IMG/VR virus record: IMGVR_UViG_3300042934_000547
Span: 167,976-231,975 of that record
DNA length: 64,000 bases
Reading direction: 5' to 3' (one strand)
Below the pieces are notes generated by a model that saw only the letters and a program-made list of their open reading frames with translations, did not search any database and was not told the DNA's origin. This document shows, one piece after another, positions 41,301-50,026 of the stretch. Numbering within the stretch: the stretch's first letter is position 1; each line of letters begins with the position of its first letter. A program made the translations under genes and the position numbers.

Positions 41301-43509
41301 TATAGAAGTTCTCTGAATTATCAGATACAACTCCACCATAATCAACTAAATCCATATCTTGCCAATTTTTACTATTTCTTTCTTTAGCACGTTTCTTAGC
41401 TCTCTCATATTGATCAATTCTACGCTTATTTTCCTTATCAACAGAGCTACGTTGTTTACTGATATCCTTTCTACGCTGGTCGTCAAATGATAACACTTTC
41501 CTAGTTTCGGATAACATAGATCTTCTATCCAAACCACCAATGTTAAGAACTGAACCACCACCACGGATTGGAGACATTCCCATATCACCCATAGGCATAC
41601 CAAATGCTGGATAAGTAACTATACCTTCTAACATAACATTTCTTATATCTCTTAGATAATCGAAAATCGTTTTGTTATAAGCATCTTTAGTTTCACCTAA
41701 ACTCATTTTATTCATAACGCCAGTGATAACGTCATCCCCAAAGCCATCTTTTTGAATTTTTAAATGCTCATTTAATTTAGTATTATTAAGCAAAGCATCA
41801 TAGATATCTTCCTGTCTAGCTTTGTCTTTAGCGTATTGACCCTTATTACTGAACATTTCTTGATTAGCTTTCATCAATTTATGTGGATCAACATATTTAA
41901 TCATTGATGTGATAAGATCATAATTATCATCGCTTATTTCAAGATCTGGTAATCTGTTTTTCTTAAACTTTCTAGGACTGATAAGTTCACCTCTATCAAA
42001 GAAATAAGAGAAATAATTCTTCATATCTTCTCTAAATGATTGCTGTTCATCGAAATTCATAACAATCAATTGGTCAACTCTATCTTTAATTTCTGACTGT
42101 ATATCACTAAAGGTCCTATTAATAACATTTTCCTTCATACTAGATAATTCTTTGGATAAATTAACAGTGTTAATCCACTGACCTCTATCAAAATCAAATC
42201 TCATCTCAGCTGAACCAGTCATTGCTGATAACTGTTTAGCTAGTAATGTAGGTATAACTTCAGTTAATGCTTTTTGTGCTTTACCATTCCAAGCCATATC
42301 ACCTTTATGATAATCTGCAACACTCTTTTCTTTAGCTTTATTTATTCTTGGTACTAATAATCCAGCCAATGTTTTTACAAGAGGATTATTTTCCTCGTCA
42401 TTAGCAATGGAATTTAGCATAGCCATAGATGTAGCAAATGAACCACCCACTGAAGTATCAAGTTTCCCCATTGCCTTTCTTAAATCTTTCCCAATCATTT
42501 TATTAGCAACTGCCCTAGGAATAAATTTAAGCGGTGAAGAAACCATGTGTAAATATGGGTTAGCATTTGGATCATCATTATCGCTGAACATTGTAGCCAA
42601 TTGAGTAACATCTTCAAGTTTGGCATTTATGTTGTCACCAATTGATTTTACATATTTCTTTAAATCAGTAACTCCGGATGCCTGTATTACATCATCATAG
42701 TATGTTCTACGGTCTTCTTTATCTTTCTTTTGTTCAGGTTGTCTAGCTTTATACATATCACGCTGCATTTCAACAACTTCTTTCATGTAACCCAGCATAT
42801 CAGTTTGAAATGCAACGGTTTTTTCATAAAAAGATTTGCTATTCTGGGCATGAGTTTGCATTATATCAATGCTGTTTTTAGCAACGAAATCTAATTGTTT
42901 ATTTATATTTCCGAGAGCACCCTGAAGCATGAAATTGGCTTTTTGATTTCTGATTATTTGGTCTCTGTATTGAACTTTTGAATTCTCGACAGCATATTCT
43001 GATGTAGCTACTAATGTCTTAGCAATAGAATTGGCATTAGTGATACTACTATGAATAATACTATCAGATACCATATGATCACCTTGAGTCGGTCGTCTAT
43101 CTACCTTTGGTTCATCGATATCATCATCAAAATTACCATCAAGATCAAATTCTTTATCAAAATCAAAGTCATCATCACTATTATACCCTCCGTCATTTTC
43201 CATGCCGAATGATCTATTAGCGAACAATTCATCACGCTGTCTATTATAAAACTTACCAGATTTGATATCTTCAAATATAGCTTTTTTACCCTCTGCGGCA
43301 GTTTTATAAATATTATGTGATTTCATACGTTCATTAACACGATTGAATAATTGACGATGATCTTTAATATCATAAATAATATCCCTAAAAACTTCGCTAT
43401 TTTTAGCGACAGCATCGAACATCGCTGGTGCGTCATCTCTTATTATATCAGATGTCGAAAAAGCAACAGACGAAGCAATGTTTTTAGTATATTCAAGGAT
43501 TTTTTTCAT
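32314..43509 (-). CDS. Tape measure protein (~3730 aa) with C39-like peptidase and GH73 glucosaminidase domains
   Basis: Coiled-coil and Gly-zipper stretches; PAFAAQGVVSEPTVATLGEDGTEVV TMP motif; YWSQNDPQW..ACGPTAMSM..GHY..VNDP; LESGWGTS..KNNFSGY..YYASDPKW; start MKKILEY after AAGGAG. Confidence 0.85.
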   Translation of the reverse strand: MKKILEYTKNIASSVAFSTSDIIRDDAPAMFDAVAKNSEVFRDIIYDIKDHRQLFNRVNERMKSHNIYKTAAEGKKAIFEDIKSGKFYNRQRDELFANRSFGMENDGGYNSDDDFDFDKEFDLDGNFDDDIDEPKVDRRPTQGDHMVSDSIIHSSITNANSIAKTLVATSEYAVENSKVQYRDQIIRNQKANFMLQGALGNINKQLDFVAKNSIDIMQTHAQNSKSFYEKTVAFQTDMLGYMKEVVEMQRDMYKARQPEQKKDKEDRRTYYDDVIQASGVTDLKKYVKSIGDNINAKLEDVTQLATMFSDNDDPNANPYLHMVSSPLKFIPRAVANKMIGKDLRKAMGKLDTSVGGSFATSMAMLNSIANDEENNPLVKTLAGLLVPRINKAKEKSVADYHKGDMAWNGKAQKALTEVIPTLLAKQLSAMTGSAEMRFDFDRGQWINTVNLSKELSSMKENVINRTFSDIQSEIKDRVDQLIVMNFDEQQSFREDMKNYFSYFFDRGELISPRKFKKNRLPDLEISDDNYDLITSMIKYVDPHKLMKANQEMFSNKGQYAKDKARQEDIYDALLNNTKLNEHLKIQKDGFGDDVITGVMNKMSLGETKDAYNKTIFDYLRDIRNVMLEGIVTYPAFGMPMGDMGMSPIRGGGSVLNIGGLDRRSMLSETRKVLSFDDQRRKDISKQRSSVDKENKRRIDQYERAKKRAKERNSKNWQDMDLVDYGGVVSDNSENFYKATYYQNLNINAKRKLQEDREWDDEHGRPLFSGLLDDENEDGTFSDNTESKLERKRKVAEIEQKALENAREKDRKIYPWMKKKEDGQYDLSNDEAGKKIGFLDGLIAADGIVDKFTYTSDKMSEVLSKPTETITKMLSKVDKRIYEFFYGGEEVNYQGEKVRGYMDMMVVSIRNTFEKLNDKINDYFLTPLRERLEDWGVFEKVDEWKGKAKDKADEFMTHLFGEKDAKGWRHGGVMGDFTKQIGEDTRGMFSWFVGDKKEKEIDYSDIVNQGLETAGFGLTPSRTQELKSKFVDNSQNYDDYLKELDTLTKESREISQRIKKLESEKESNNKSLSAWLSEVNKSKQSGDKRKTAQASSGYKKRVDYYKNRNKAIDIEITRLKDRLLAIEQRRKQIGSYRRTSGTFSIRKEKEKMYNDLFGTSGAMTSFDELDKQSSSALLQQLHYVQEQNDIRSKFKDNENNQSVFGNMQANPAIFMKGMMAKVSDMVNLLQIIDTRLSHHPAMAKFVSKFTPTSPDRLDLSSEGGLNTQKVLSNATNFNTWAKDRSGNLRERTNYGDYQSLMKLFDDADDREAEKLNALGIAKSNLGSINPLQYTRDKWRTILQKRGISAPNLDSIITQDNYQDPRNIPAIRKLIHDGKIKNKQGPIQANAFSGGVFGKLTDDDYDFLPMNLLDKEQAKRITKNVPYINNHSKDAQDRITNQLLGAEKIPAFAAQGVVSEPTVATLGEDGTEVVLSLKRLRYIEGTNRMYDTLSMAFGEMYKRGQLTREQFNKAIKDIDTARRKAKKAIPTAKDPNLKNFSFDNNIIRKTLREQMGVIQEPYAYESDNKNLYNIKTKVFDAFYKTMDFDNLDDLKNKASNKFGKGLDKAHEWDKENYGERGLFGAIKREMADEISTAVSAFTGIEQGKEEEFKKNLKLNSRKVYDEVLDHLPEGVSGALIGGAIGLIPGVIGGPLLGAAVGASVNIIKNSETLQNKLFGTKDAKGNRADDGMIPAELVRTFNKYAPDTLKLGVGGALMSILPFVPGGPITGLLAGSAIAFAKNNEGAQKFLFGDGIDDNGLFSKKSQETFKKALPKTLGGAAIGAIGSFIGPFGLVGGTLLGGTLGALSTNDTVREMIFGKWDPVTKKRENGLIPIVGEAITSPFKKMISGMKDGFKEFFDKKIKNPFLYALQPFGKELKLVGKKLGNYVKGLFDETIGGPIKRFMTKFLFKPLGALIKGVVSTPINLFGAVTNGVLGALGLSSKSLRAKHIRQGDADYMTAEERETFRVRNNKYFRPGLTSKGGILKTLFGVIGGGAINPALGLGLGVMGSTQGVLHGRDKFHRYDKNMMEFTEKMSEDEYYELQSEIEQAKAEAAQGIDPRYSANKYPWLRKLLGPNFMQSDAQRSIAGKAQRTRQGIRDQFKVNVEDKRTRITKEMETEREKLKQNSLTKFWQNRDKRGFDEIEARYHAMKNEYERGLVDLKSPMDRAEWFNTFDQVEKLYLKTKNKMDKAIEKGEANFIKRYRKQFNVLDTEEEKFRESELRYTKGIKNSFGNSQALKGMEYLLSESNTFAKQRGFKTYAEYKKEMDAKKLPKDGATLVAEEGNEIAKEQTSIQNQILESLEAQRDFMVHGKDGAKFKALEEKTAKSNVVNLQSKNGVPDTGTTIGQETLDLQTKRHQEILNGGSYYDPNKMTEEELTKYSKGSYDAESKTITIFTDEGIPIKYDKDSSGEWRPIQDKNFKQWGKLKSMITGISESAFGKATTNIKDKVTHGLGFVGNLLKGVGPFLGKMLLGTLGVKAAKTIWSKWLGNTGFGKNMEWIWNNPAEAAGKAGDKFGEIWTSHIKPFLTEKLPTFLDKIKEGILGIGQKIIENMPIILQNMWDIMVANKEHLLDFLKIYTGWKVAKWGVGAATGYGTSLISTGAGAAGGFLVGKAKDGVKGAWKGIKGLFGKKVAEEATETVAEGALKKTGEKIIIEGVEEATGKGAEQVTKKAADKVLNESMQEATKGAAKVGAKEVLEEGAEVTAKNISKKGIRTAVEGSRGKLVTWFVGLLDPVIESILKVVKKFMPNFGQKGLSAFIKNTFSSCHKYFSNTKIAAKIAEKSGRDVAGIATGGIVNLVFMVGFGAWGASKTGAAKWFGVPKEDVDAKMQAISGVMQFLLQAPAVWILEIVNLVTTSFLGYNFLQKLAVWLYDAWNGELDITEDSRTMAQLQNKYLDKVPSVPKSQTKRELADSYIIEDGDSTVVGMGGKSNSSKQYLTGGGFGNSKFKFINPRTSSNSKQYLTGGGFGNNKGKPANRTSNSRRISTTPKGTPISQNTDYWKKYTEYQQSLAPDYYQKTNAHNEELRKALEQQTGVDAIYNRWRGYEEYLDGKATTVGENVSFNNQLRLLNGFPYWSQNDPQWKDLYYAQNYTYGDAACGPTAMSMITSAFNNKPISPLDLTDMGLRYWIDNAGTAHDMFSSSSNPQLSDYNVKGQNISNTWDSLKANIEAGRPVVINGQGNISTTPYTPGGHYSVVTGMASDNSVWVNDPMGEGESTEFSKDALFKNGTTKSMWAYTDINGKNLRLTDRAGFANVPTIAEGGNKESGLFDWMGKMASGIGLFGDAIMGVVGTKYGFETHENILSKIANWTRENGGTQMPTGLAASFANAIGGYTNINSTAVNTSNLAQMPAGMGFVRRRGGGFGSLSGADLQNKFFTGAYANKPLKKHANDLANAANKFGVNPLFLSSLVALESGWGTSALAKNKNNFSGYAAYDSSPYKSARTFDSPAQNFDETARLLKNNYLTPGGKYYIDGSLGGVNKYYASDPKWSGTISDIMASRVKNFDPNAQIGGFGNAKKSGRFGGFGKTSPVIKSAFELADESRKLDAMDNPNSFEFMDADMSSVAELSMRDRENIMKSNFGGQNINTTINAGTIDANLIELLTRIVMSVSNIGRTNELLQDILNLITKKLNINITENDIKELTKKSSSGNSINPNALLNIINEKGGKGGTGDNSLTALIAAMLPLTQ
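34470..34581. repeat. Perfect 37-bp direct repeat, 75-bp period
   Basis: tattaccgaatcctccaccagttaaatattgtttcga at 34470-34506 and 34545-34581 (encodes SKQYLTGGGFGN twice). Confidence 0.95.
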
Positions 43510-43612
43510 AACTCGATTTCTCCTTTCTATATTACTGTATTGCCTTATGAGTATGTTGAAAAGAAACAAAAAGTGGGAGTACAACTTAATGTACTCCCAA
43601 TTGATCTAATTA

Positions 43613-44128
43613 TTATTTATTCCAACTTGGGTTTTTACCATACACTCTAAGAGTTCTATGTGCAGGGCATTTAACCATTTGATTGTTGCTAGGGCTGCGA
43701 TTTTCTTTTTCTTTAACATTTTTGAATGCTATTGAGATATTATAATCATCTCCTGCACCTATCTGCAACTTTCTTCCTGTTTCCAAATAGCCGAGTGTGA
43801 AGTCTTTTGTAATATTAAGTAATTTATCAGCATTAGCGTTACTAAACTCATGATTTTCAACAAGTTTATTAGCTTCTTCTAAGCTGATTTTAGCAGCTTT
43901 AGAAATTATATCAGCAGATAAATCTCTCATATCCTGTGCTGGTGTTGCACAATAAGCAACTCCCTTAGAATCTCTTCTCTCTGGTAAATATTCAGAGTCA
44001 TTTATCATACTTCTCATAAACGCTCTTTCATTTTTACCTGATATTGAAGTAACCTTTTCACCATTTGCTTTAACTGGTAAGCTATCATTGATTTCTTTTA
44101 CCAGTGCTTTAGTATCATATTTGTTCAT
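43613..44128 (-). CDS. HU/IHF-like DNA-binding protein with N-terminal extension
   Basis: LETGRKLQI..KNVKEKENRSPSNNQMVKCPAHRTL parallels the HU arm (R.GRNP.TGE.I.IPA). Confidence 0.6.
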   Translation of the reverse strand: MNKYDTKALVKEINDSLPVKANGEKVTSISGKNERAFMRSMINDSEYLPERRDSKGVAYCATPAQDMRDLSADIISKAAKISLEEANKLVENHEFSNANADKLLNITKDFTLGYLETGRKLQIGAGDDYNISIAFKNVKEKENRSPSNNQMVKCPAHRTLRVYGKNPSWNK

Positions 44129-44478
44129 ATCTGATTCTCCTTATTCTTTCTTATTATTTTTTGTATTATTGTATCTAAATTGTCAAAGTCTTCTTTTGAC
44201 AAGAAATACCAATCGGTTAATTTTTTTGGAAGTACTATAGCTTGCAATTTAAGATTTTTTAATGTCCTTAAAAAATTCGTTATTGTACTACCTCTATTTA
44301 AACTAACATATGCATCTCTATCAATTTCTACCAATACATATTCATTGACTTTTTGCATCTTGAGTAAGTCAGCTGGTATTGATGAAGCTGATATCAATGT
44401 CTCAATAAATGAATCTAACTCCTCTGAATCATTAAATGTGCGTTCTATTTCACCTGATTTAAACGTGTATGGAAACAT
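44125..44478 (-). CDS. Hypothetical protein
   Basis: 117 aa in operon. Confidence 0.55.
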   Translation of the reverse strand: MFPYTFKSGEIERTFNDSEELDSFIETLISASSIPADLLKMQKVNEYVLVEIDRDAYVSLNRGSTITNFLRTLKNLKLQAIVLPKKLTDWYFLSKEDFDNLDTIIQKIIRKNKENQI

Positions 44479-44488
44479 AGTTATTCAC

Positions 44489-45169
44489 CTATCCCCTTTC
44501 ACATCCAATATGGTAACCAATTTTCATTATATTAAATATATCCAGTAGTGTTTGGAATACCATTCGTTCTATCTCTGACAATTCATCAACAGGTACTGGA
44601 AGTGATATTAATACATTCTTATCGCCGATGATGGTTACTGTTAAATTAATATGATAGATTTTTTGACATCTATACATAAACGCCATTAATTGAGTTAATT
44701 TAATCGGGTCAGTACCTTGAGGTAATAATTCTTTTGGTACTTCTATTTTGATTGATTTGTCATCATCATTGTTTGAAAGTGATATCTCTTCATATGATAT
44801 ATCTTTCGAACTTACATTGAATGATGGGATTTTTTTGTGTAATACTTGTTGAATTTCATCCACATCAGTAGATTCAACCATCATTCCACAGATAGATCTC
44901 ATTTCTGGACCCAATTTCATACCATTACCAATTTTTGGGGTAAACAGGATATAACTTGTAATATTAAATGGAAAATCTGGGGCATTATGATGGCATATTT
45001 CATACACAGCTGAATCTGCACTATCAATTTGTGATGGACGCACTAATATTTCACCAGAAAAATTTCCATTGATTTCCTTTGCCAATTCTAGATTAGTTCC
45101 AATGATGTCATCCAACTTTGTTAATTTACCTTCTTGAGTTTTTGTTAAACCTACGATTTTTCCATTCAT
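44489..45169 (-). CDS. Hypothetical protein
   Basis: 226 aa, AAGGAG RBS. Confidence 0.6.
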   Translation of the reverse strand: MNGKIVGLTKTQEGKLTKLDDIIGTNLELAKEINGNFSGEILVRPSQIDSADSAVYEICHHNAPDFPFNITSYILFTPKIGNGMKLGPEMRSICGMMVESTDVDEIQQVLHKKIPSFNVSSKDISYEEISLSNNDDDKSIKIEVPKELLPQGTDPIKLTQLMAFMYRCQKIYHINLTVTIIGDKNVLISLPVPVDELSEIERMVFQTLLDIFNIMKIGYHIGCERG

Positions 45170-45399
45170 TCTTGTTTCTCCTTATTTTTTATTATGAAAT
45201 CATATGAATTACAACAAAGACGAAAATTACGTTTTTCAATATCACTCATTTTGTTATATGGTTTTTGTGATACTTTATCTTTATCTGGAATATTGATGCT
45301 TCTAAGTGAAAATGCCGGTTTACAATCAGGCTCTTTTATAGCTTCAACTAGTAATTCAGGATTTAATATCGTTTTATTATCCATAAATATATTCTCCAA
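45166..45399 (-). CDS. Hypothetical protein
   Basis: About 72-77 aa in operon. Confidence 0.5.
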   Translation of the reverse strand: MENIFMDNKTILNPELLVEAIKEPDCKPAFSLRSINIPDKDKVSQKPYNKMSDIEKRNFRLCCNSYDFIIKNKEKQE

Positions 45400-45570
45400 T
45401 TATGATTCTTTTACATTAGTGTTGCTATGGATTAAAATATTATTTTCCCTACGATCCATTCTATGGATAGGACAAGCCATTTTAGGTCCTTTTCCATTTG
45501 ATAAAATATAATTAGTTATATCTTCGTGTTTCCATTTACTCATTTCTATTATAAATTCCATTTTTGCCAT
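45400..45570 (-). CDS. 56-aa hypothetical protein (not in ORF track)
   Basis: GGAGG RBS, MAKMEFIIEMSKWKHEDITNY...; promoter motif 45594-45605(-). Confidence 0.55.
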   Translation of the reverse strand: MAKMEFIIEMSKWKHEDITNYILSNGKGPKMACPIHRMDRRENNILIHSNTNVKES

Positions 45571-45664
45571 ATAATCATCCTCCCAAAATCATATAATACT
45601 ATGTTTGAGAACGTGTATATTTATAATAGGGAACAATATAATAATAAAAATTAGGAGGAATAAT

Positions 45665-48600
45665 ATGTATTTTACTAATGAAATGAAACCAATGGTTTTG
45701 TATAAAAATAAAGTAAGATTACCTCGTGGGGAAAAAAGACTAGATAAGGGTAGTATTGTATTCTTATTAACACCGAATCTGGATAGTGTAATAAGAACTA
45801 TAAATAATCCCTTGTTTGATACCCGTTATTATGAGCATTTATTTATAGAAAGAGATGTGAGCTATTTCATTGGTAATAGAGAAGTTGTCAATGAAGACGG
45901 TGATATAACTGAGATATCTATGAGTGATAAATTCTTGTTAGAAGATCATGCTATACTTGAAACTGATAATCAAATCTTTTTAAGTCCATTAACTGAAGTT
46001 GATGGAGAGTACATGACTGTTCTTAAGAGAATGCTTTATAACGATAGGATGAAAACCCCAAAGACAATAGTAGCTAAGTATAATGAATACAATGAAAAAG
46101 CTGAAAAGAAGTTAAAGTGGAATCTCACACTTAACTTGTATCGTAAAGCTAACCTATTTTATGATATAAGCTACTATACCGAAACATTCTTTAAGAACCT
46201 TAAATTCGAAAAGGATAAAGCACTTGGTATCTATTTAGAATTTCTACAGAATTATTTAAATAGCTTTGATATGAAAAAATATGGCTATACAAAAAAGACC
46301 CTGATAATCCCATTAGAGGATTGGTATAATGTGGATAAGACATTCAATTATATAAATGCTATCAATCCAATTACATTATTCTTTAGGTACTTTAGGAAAG
46401 ACTTGGCTCTATTACAAAAAGTATTCACCGGATTTGATATGATATTTACTATTGGGGATAAATATTCGTTTAGAATCAATATTGACGAGTTCGATTATAA
46501 TAAAAATTATCCTACATTCGTTAGATATCTAAATGTGACAGCAAAGCAGGATGAAGTGAATAATTCTGAATTTGACATCGATGAAAATAATAAAGATTCT
46601 AGGGAAATCGTTAAAACCGATGTAAAAGAAGAAATAAGTAAAAATACAAAAATTAAAATGAAATCAGTCACTGGCGATGATGCTACTCCAAGTGCAGAAG
46701 AACTTGATAATGTTATAGATATCATCGTTGACGAAAAGATGAAAGAAACAGAAGAAGAGAATAATACTGAAGAAGTCTACGAAGAAATTGATAAAAATCC
46801 TGAAATAGCAAAACTGATTGCATATTCTAAAGACGAAGAGAAATTGTCTAAGTCGACAGCTAAACGAGAAATCAGAATAAATAAACTTAGGGATAGCTAT
46901 CAAGACGTCAGTATTAATAATAAAAAGATATCCAATCTTAAACCGTCAGTAGAAGCAGCGATACTAAAACCAGCTAAAGAAGTTAAGGTTGATGCTCTTG
47001 ACGATACATGGGATAATCTTACATATATGAACTTCGAAAAGACCTATAATAAGGAATTGAAGGATTATCATTTTGGTAAAATTTTGGAACATTTTGGAAC
47101 CAATGTAAAATATCCTATAATGGTAACTGATATTAAGGTAGAAAATAAGTCTACAACTGAGGATAAATATGATGAATATTCGATTGAAACAGAAGATAGT
47201 TTTGGTAAACGTGCTACATTAAAGATACACTTACCTAGATTTATTAATGATAGATCAATATTCATAAAAGGTAATGAAAAGAAATTACAAAAACAATTAG
47301 TATTATTCCCAGTAGCTAAAACAGAGACTAACTGTGTACAGATAGTATCTAACTACAACAAATTATTTATCGAGTTATTTGGAAGTACATCGAATGTAAT
47401 TGAAGATAGAATATTAAAGACTTTAACTAAACTTCAGGAAAAAGGCTCAAAAACTGTCAAAATTACAACTGGTAATGCTACAGAACTCAATAAATATTAT
47501 GTACTACCAAATGATTACGTAGAAATGAGTGGTAAGATATATCGTATAGAAGCAGATGACGTTACTTACTATTTTGACCAGTCTGAAATACGTGATATCA
47601 TTCTAAAGAAAAAACCTAATGAGAAGTTTGATACAGGAATACCTTTTGCTATCAATAATAAGACTAATATGGTATATGTATATGATGGAAATATTCCAGA
47701 TATTACATTTTCATATATGCTTAATGAGCACTTAAAACAAAATAAGGAATATAGTGAGGCATACGATGGTACTTCTATAGCTAAACGTTATTCATATAGT
47801 AGGGTTAGAATACTTAGTGCCAGAATTCCACTAATTGTCTTTTTAGCATTTAATGAGGGATTATTAACAGTATTGGATAAATCAAATGTCCAATATGAAA
47901 TACTCGACAAAAATGATAGAGATGACAGGGATTTATTTGACTACATTAAATTTAGCGATCGAGTTATAAAGTATAAAATAACTAATAACTCTAGCATTTT
48001 GATGAATGGATTAAAAGTTTGTAATACTCAAGAATATACATTAGCTGAAATGAATCAGAGCCAAAGTTATATAGATATCATTGGACAGTTTGGTTCTAAG
48101 ACATTAGCTGACCCTATTGAATCATTCCATGAGTTAGAGTTAGACCCAATGACTCTCGATGTTATTCATGATCTCAAACTACCTGATAAATTTACTGAGT
48201 TATTATTATATGCTAATGATATGCTATCAGATAATAGCTATGAAGATCATAATATCATATATAATAACAGATTAAGAAGCAATGAGATTATCAACGGTTT
48301 ACTATATAAATCTCTGTGTGAATCATACCAAGAATACAAGATGGGCATAAGAAATGGAAGAAGGGATAATAAAATATCCATAAAACCAACATGTGTTATT
48401 GATAAATTACTAACTCAAAATACTATGCTTGATGCATCAAAATCTACGGCATTATTGGAGATGGAAGAATCTGAAACTGCTAGTAAAAAGGGTTTTGGCG
48501 GAATGAACTTAGAAAAAGGATATAAGCTTAACAAAAGACAATATGATGAATCAATGTTAAACGTTCTATCTATATCATCCGTAGCAGGACCTACTATCGG

Positions 48601-49951
48601 GATTAACCGTAGTTTAACCATGAATGCTCAGATAACTGATGCTCATGGATATATCAGACCAACTGGTGTTAATGAAATGACTGCTGCTAATACATTTTGT
48701 ATAACAGAAGCATTAAATCCATTTGTTGCGACATCAGATGCTGGTGAAAGAATTGCTATGACGTATTCTCAAGGTAAGCATACCGTTAGAACACAGCGTT
48801 CATCACCATTGCTTGTTACATATGGAGCCGATGAAGCTATGCCATATATGATATCAGATACATTTGCATATAAGGCACCTTTCGATGGTAAGATAAAGGA
48901 AATAACTGATGATTACATTGCATTAGAATCCAATGATAATGAAACTCACTATGTTGCTACAGAAACAATAAGTAAAAACGTCAATACCGGTACATTCAAT
49001 GCAATTAAGTTAAAGAGTGATTTAAAAGTAGGACAGAAATTTAAAGAGGGTTCTATAATTGCACACGACCCATTATCATTTAGTGGAGAAGTCGGTCAAA
49101 CAGATAACTTAGCATATAATGTCGGATGTATGGCTAAAGTAGGTGTAGTTGCATATCCTTTTGGATTCGAAGACTCATGTAAAATTACTAAGCAATTAGC
49201 TAGAAATATGATGTCTCAAGTTACTACTAAAAAAGAAATTAATCTGGGTAAAAATGCTAACGTGTTCAATTTGATTAACAAGGGTGATGATGTTCAACAA
49301 GGTCAATCTTTAATGGTAATACAAAACTCATTCGATGATGAGGATTTAAATATTGTCTTAAAGAATATGATTACAGATGAAGACGGAGACTCAGAAGTTA
49401 TTGATGATTTAGGAAGAATTCCAGTTAAATCTAAATATACAGGTCGTATCGAAGATATTAAAATCTTTAGAACTGTTGAATTGAGCGAATTATCTCCCAC
49501 ACTAAGAAAGTTATGCGAGAAATATGAAGCTCCTACGAAAAAATTAAGGAATCAAATGAAAAAAGAAAAGAATAATCAGGTTTATTCAGATGTGGTTGAA
49601 CAACCTGACTATAAACTTGAACCAACTGGACAGTTAAAAGGTATCCCAAATGGTGAAGGTGTTCAGATAAGAATATCTATAACCTATAACGATATCATGG
49701 CATGGGGTGACAAATTAACATTTACTGTTGCTCTTAAAGGTACAGTAGGCGATACTTATGATGAAGACAAAGTTCCGTATTCATCATATAGGAAGGATGA
49801 GCACATAGATACCCTGCTTAACTCAACTTCTGTAAATAAACGTATGACTCCATCAGTATTTAAAATCGGTGGTAGTAATAAATTTGCCATCGAATTAGGT
49901 AGACAAGTTAAAGACATGCTTGGAATACCATACGATGTAAATTTCAGATAA
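45665..49951 (+). CDS. Phage multisubunit RNA polymerase beta-like subunit (probably virion RNAP)
   Basis: FIKGNEKKLQKQL, KKGFGGMN, AGPTIGINRSL, NPFVATSDAGERIAM, GFEDS, GDKL...KG, LLNSTSVNKRM are collinear with RpoB motifs; late-type promoter; start after AGGAGG. Confidence 0.88.
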   Translation: MYFTNEMKPMVLYKNKVRLPRGEKRLDKGSIVFLLTPNLDSVIRTINNPLFDTRYYEHLFIERDVSYFIGNREVVNEDGDITEISMSDKFLLEDHAILETDNQIFLSPLTEVDGEYMTVLKRMLYNDRMKTPKTIVAKYNEYNEKAEKKLKWNLTLNLYRKANLFYDISYYTETFFKNLKFEKDKALGIYLEFLQNYLNSFDMKKYGYTKKTLIIPLEDWYNVDKTFNYINAINPITLFFRYFRKDLALLQKVFTGFDMIFTIGDKYSFRINIDEFDYNKNYPTFVRYLNVTAKQDEVNNSEFDIDENNKDSREIVKTDVKEEISKNTKIKMKSVTGDDATPSAEELDNVIDIIVDEKMKETEEENNTEEVYEEIDKNPEIAKLIAYSKDEEKLSKSTAKREIRINKLRDSYQDVSINNKKISNLKPSVEAAILKPAKEVKVDALDDTWDNLTYMNFEKTYNKELKDYHFGKILEHFGTNVKYPIMVTDIKVENKSTTEDKYDEYSIETEDSFGKRATLKIHLPRFINDRSIFIKGNEKKLQKQLVLFPVAKTETNCVQIVSNYNKLFIELFGSTSNVIEDRILKTLTKLQEKGSKTVKITTGNATELNKYYVLPNDYVEMSGKIYRIEADDVTYYFDQSEIRDIILKKKPNEKFDTGIPFAINNKTNMVYVYDGNIPDITFSYMLNEHLKQNKEYSEAYDGTSIAKRYSYSRVRILSARIPLIVFLAFNEGLLTVLDKSNVQYEILDKNDRDDRDLFDYIKFSDRVIKYKITNNSSILMNGLKVCNTQEYTLAEMNQSQSYIDIIGQFGSKTLADPIESFHELELDPMTLDVIHDLKLPDKFTELLLYANDMLSDNSYEDHNIIYNNRLRSNEIINGLLYKSLCESYQEYKMGIRNGRRDNKISIKPTCVIDKLLTQNTMLDASKSTALLEMEESETASKKGFGGMNLEKGYKLNKRQYDESMLNVLSISSVAGPTIGINRSLTMNAQITDAHGYIRPTGVNEMTAANTFCITEALNPFVATSDAGERIAMTYSQGKHTVRTQRSSPLLVTYGADEAMPYMISDTFAYKAPFDGKIKEITDDYIALESNDNETHYVATETISKNVNTGTFNAIKLKSDLKVGQKFKEGSIIAHDPLSFSGEVGQTDNLAYNVGCMAKVGVVAYPFGFEDSCKITKQLARNMMSQVTTKKEINLGKNANVFNLINKGDDVQQGQSLMVIQNSFDDEDLNIVLKNMITDEDGDSEVIDDLGRIPVKSKYTGRIEDIKIFRTVELSELSPTLRKLCEKYEAPTKKLRNQMKKEKNNQVYSDVVEQPDYKLEPTGQLKGIPNGEGVQIRISITYNDIMAWGDKLTFTVALKGTVGDTYDEDKVPYSSYRKDEHIDTLLNSTSVNKRMTPSVFKIGGSNKFAIELGRQVKDMLGIPYDVNFR

Positions 49952-49969
49952 ATTAAACAAAGCTTATAT

Positions 49970-49993
49970 AGAGTAGGATTCAAATCCTACTCT
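49970..49993 (+). terminator. Intrinsic terminator after RNAP gene
   Basis: agagtaggat-tcaa-atcctactct plus T-rich tract. Confidence 0.8.
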
Positions 49994-50026
49994 AATTTTT
50001 ATTTAAATTTCCTATAACAATATAAT

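Noticed and set aside
32360-43650. Many short opposite-strand or alternate-frame ORFs in the track (e.g. 35141..35605, 38171..38509, 38637..39047)
   Set aside because: Shadow ORFs inside the tape measure with no RBS or motif; the same applies to those overlapping other long genes
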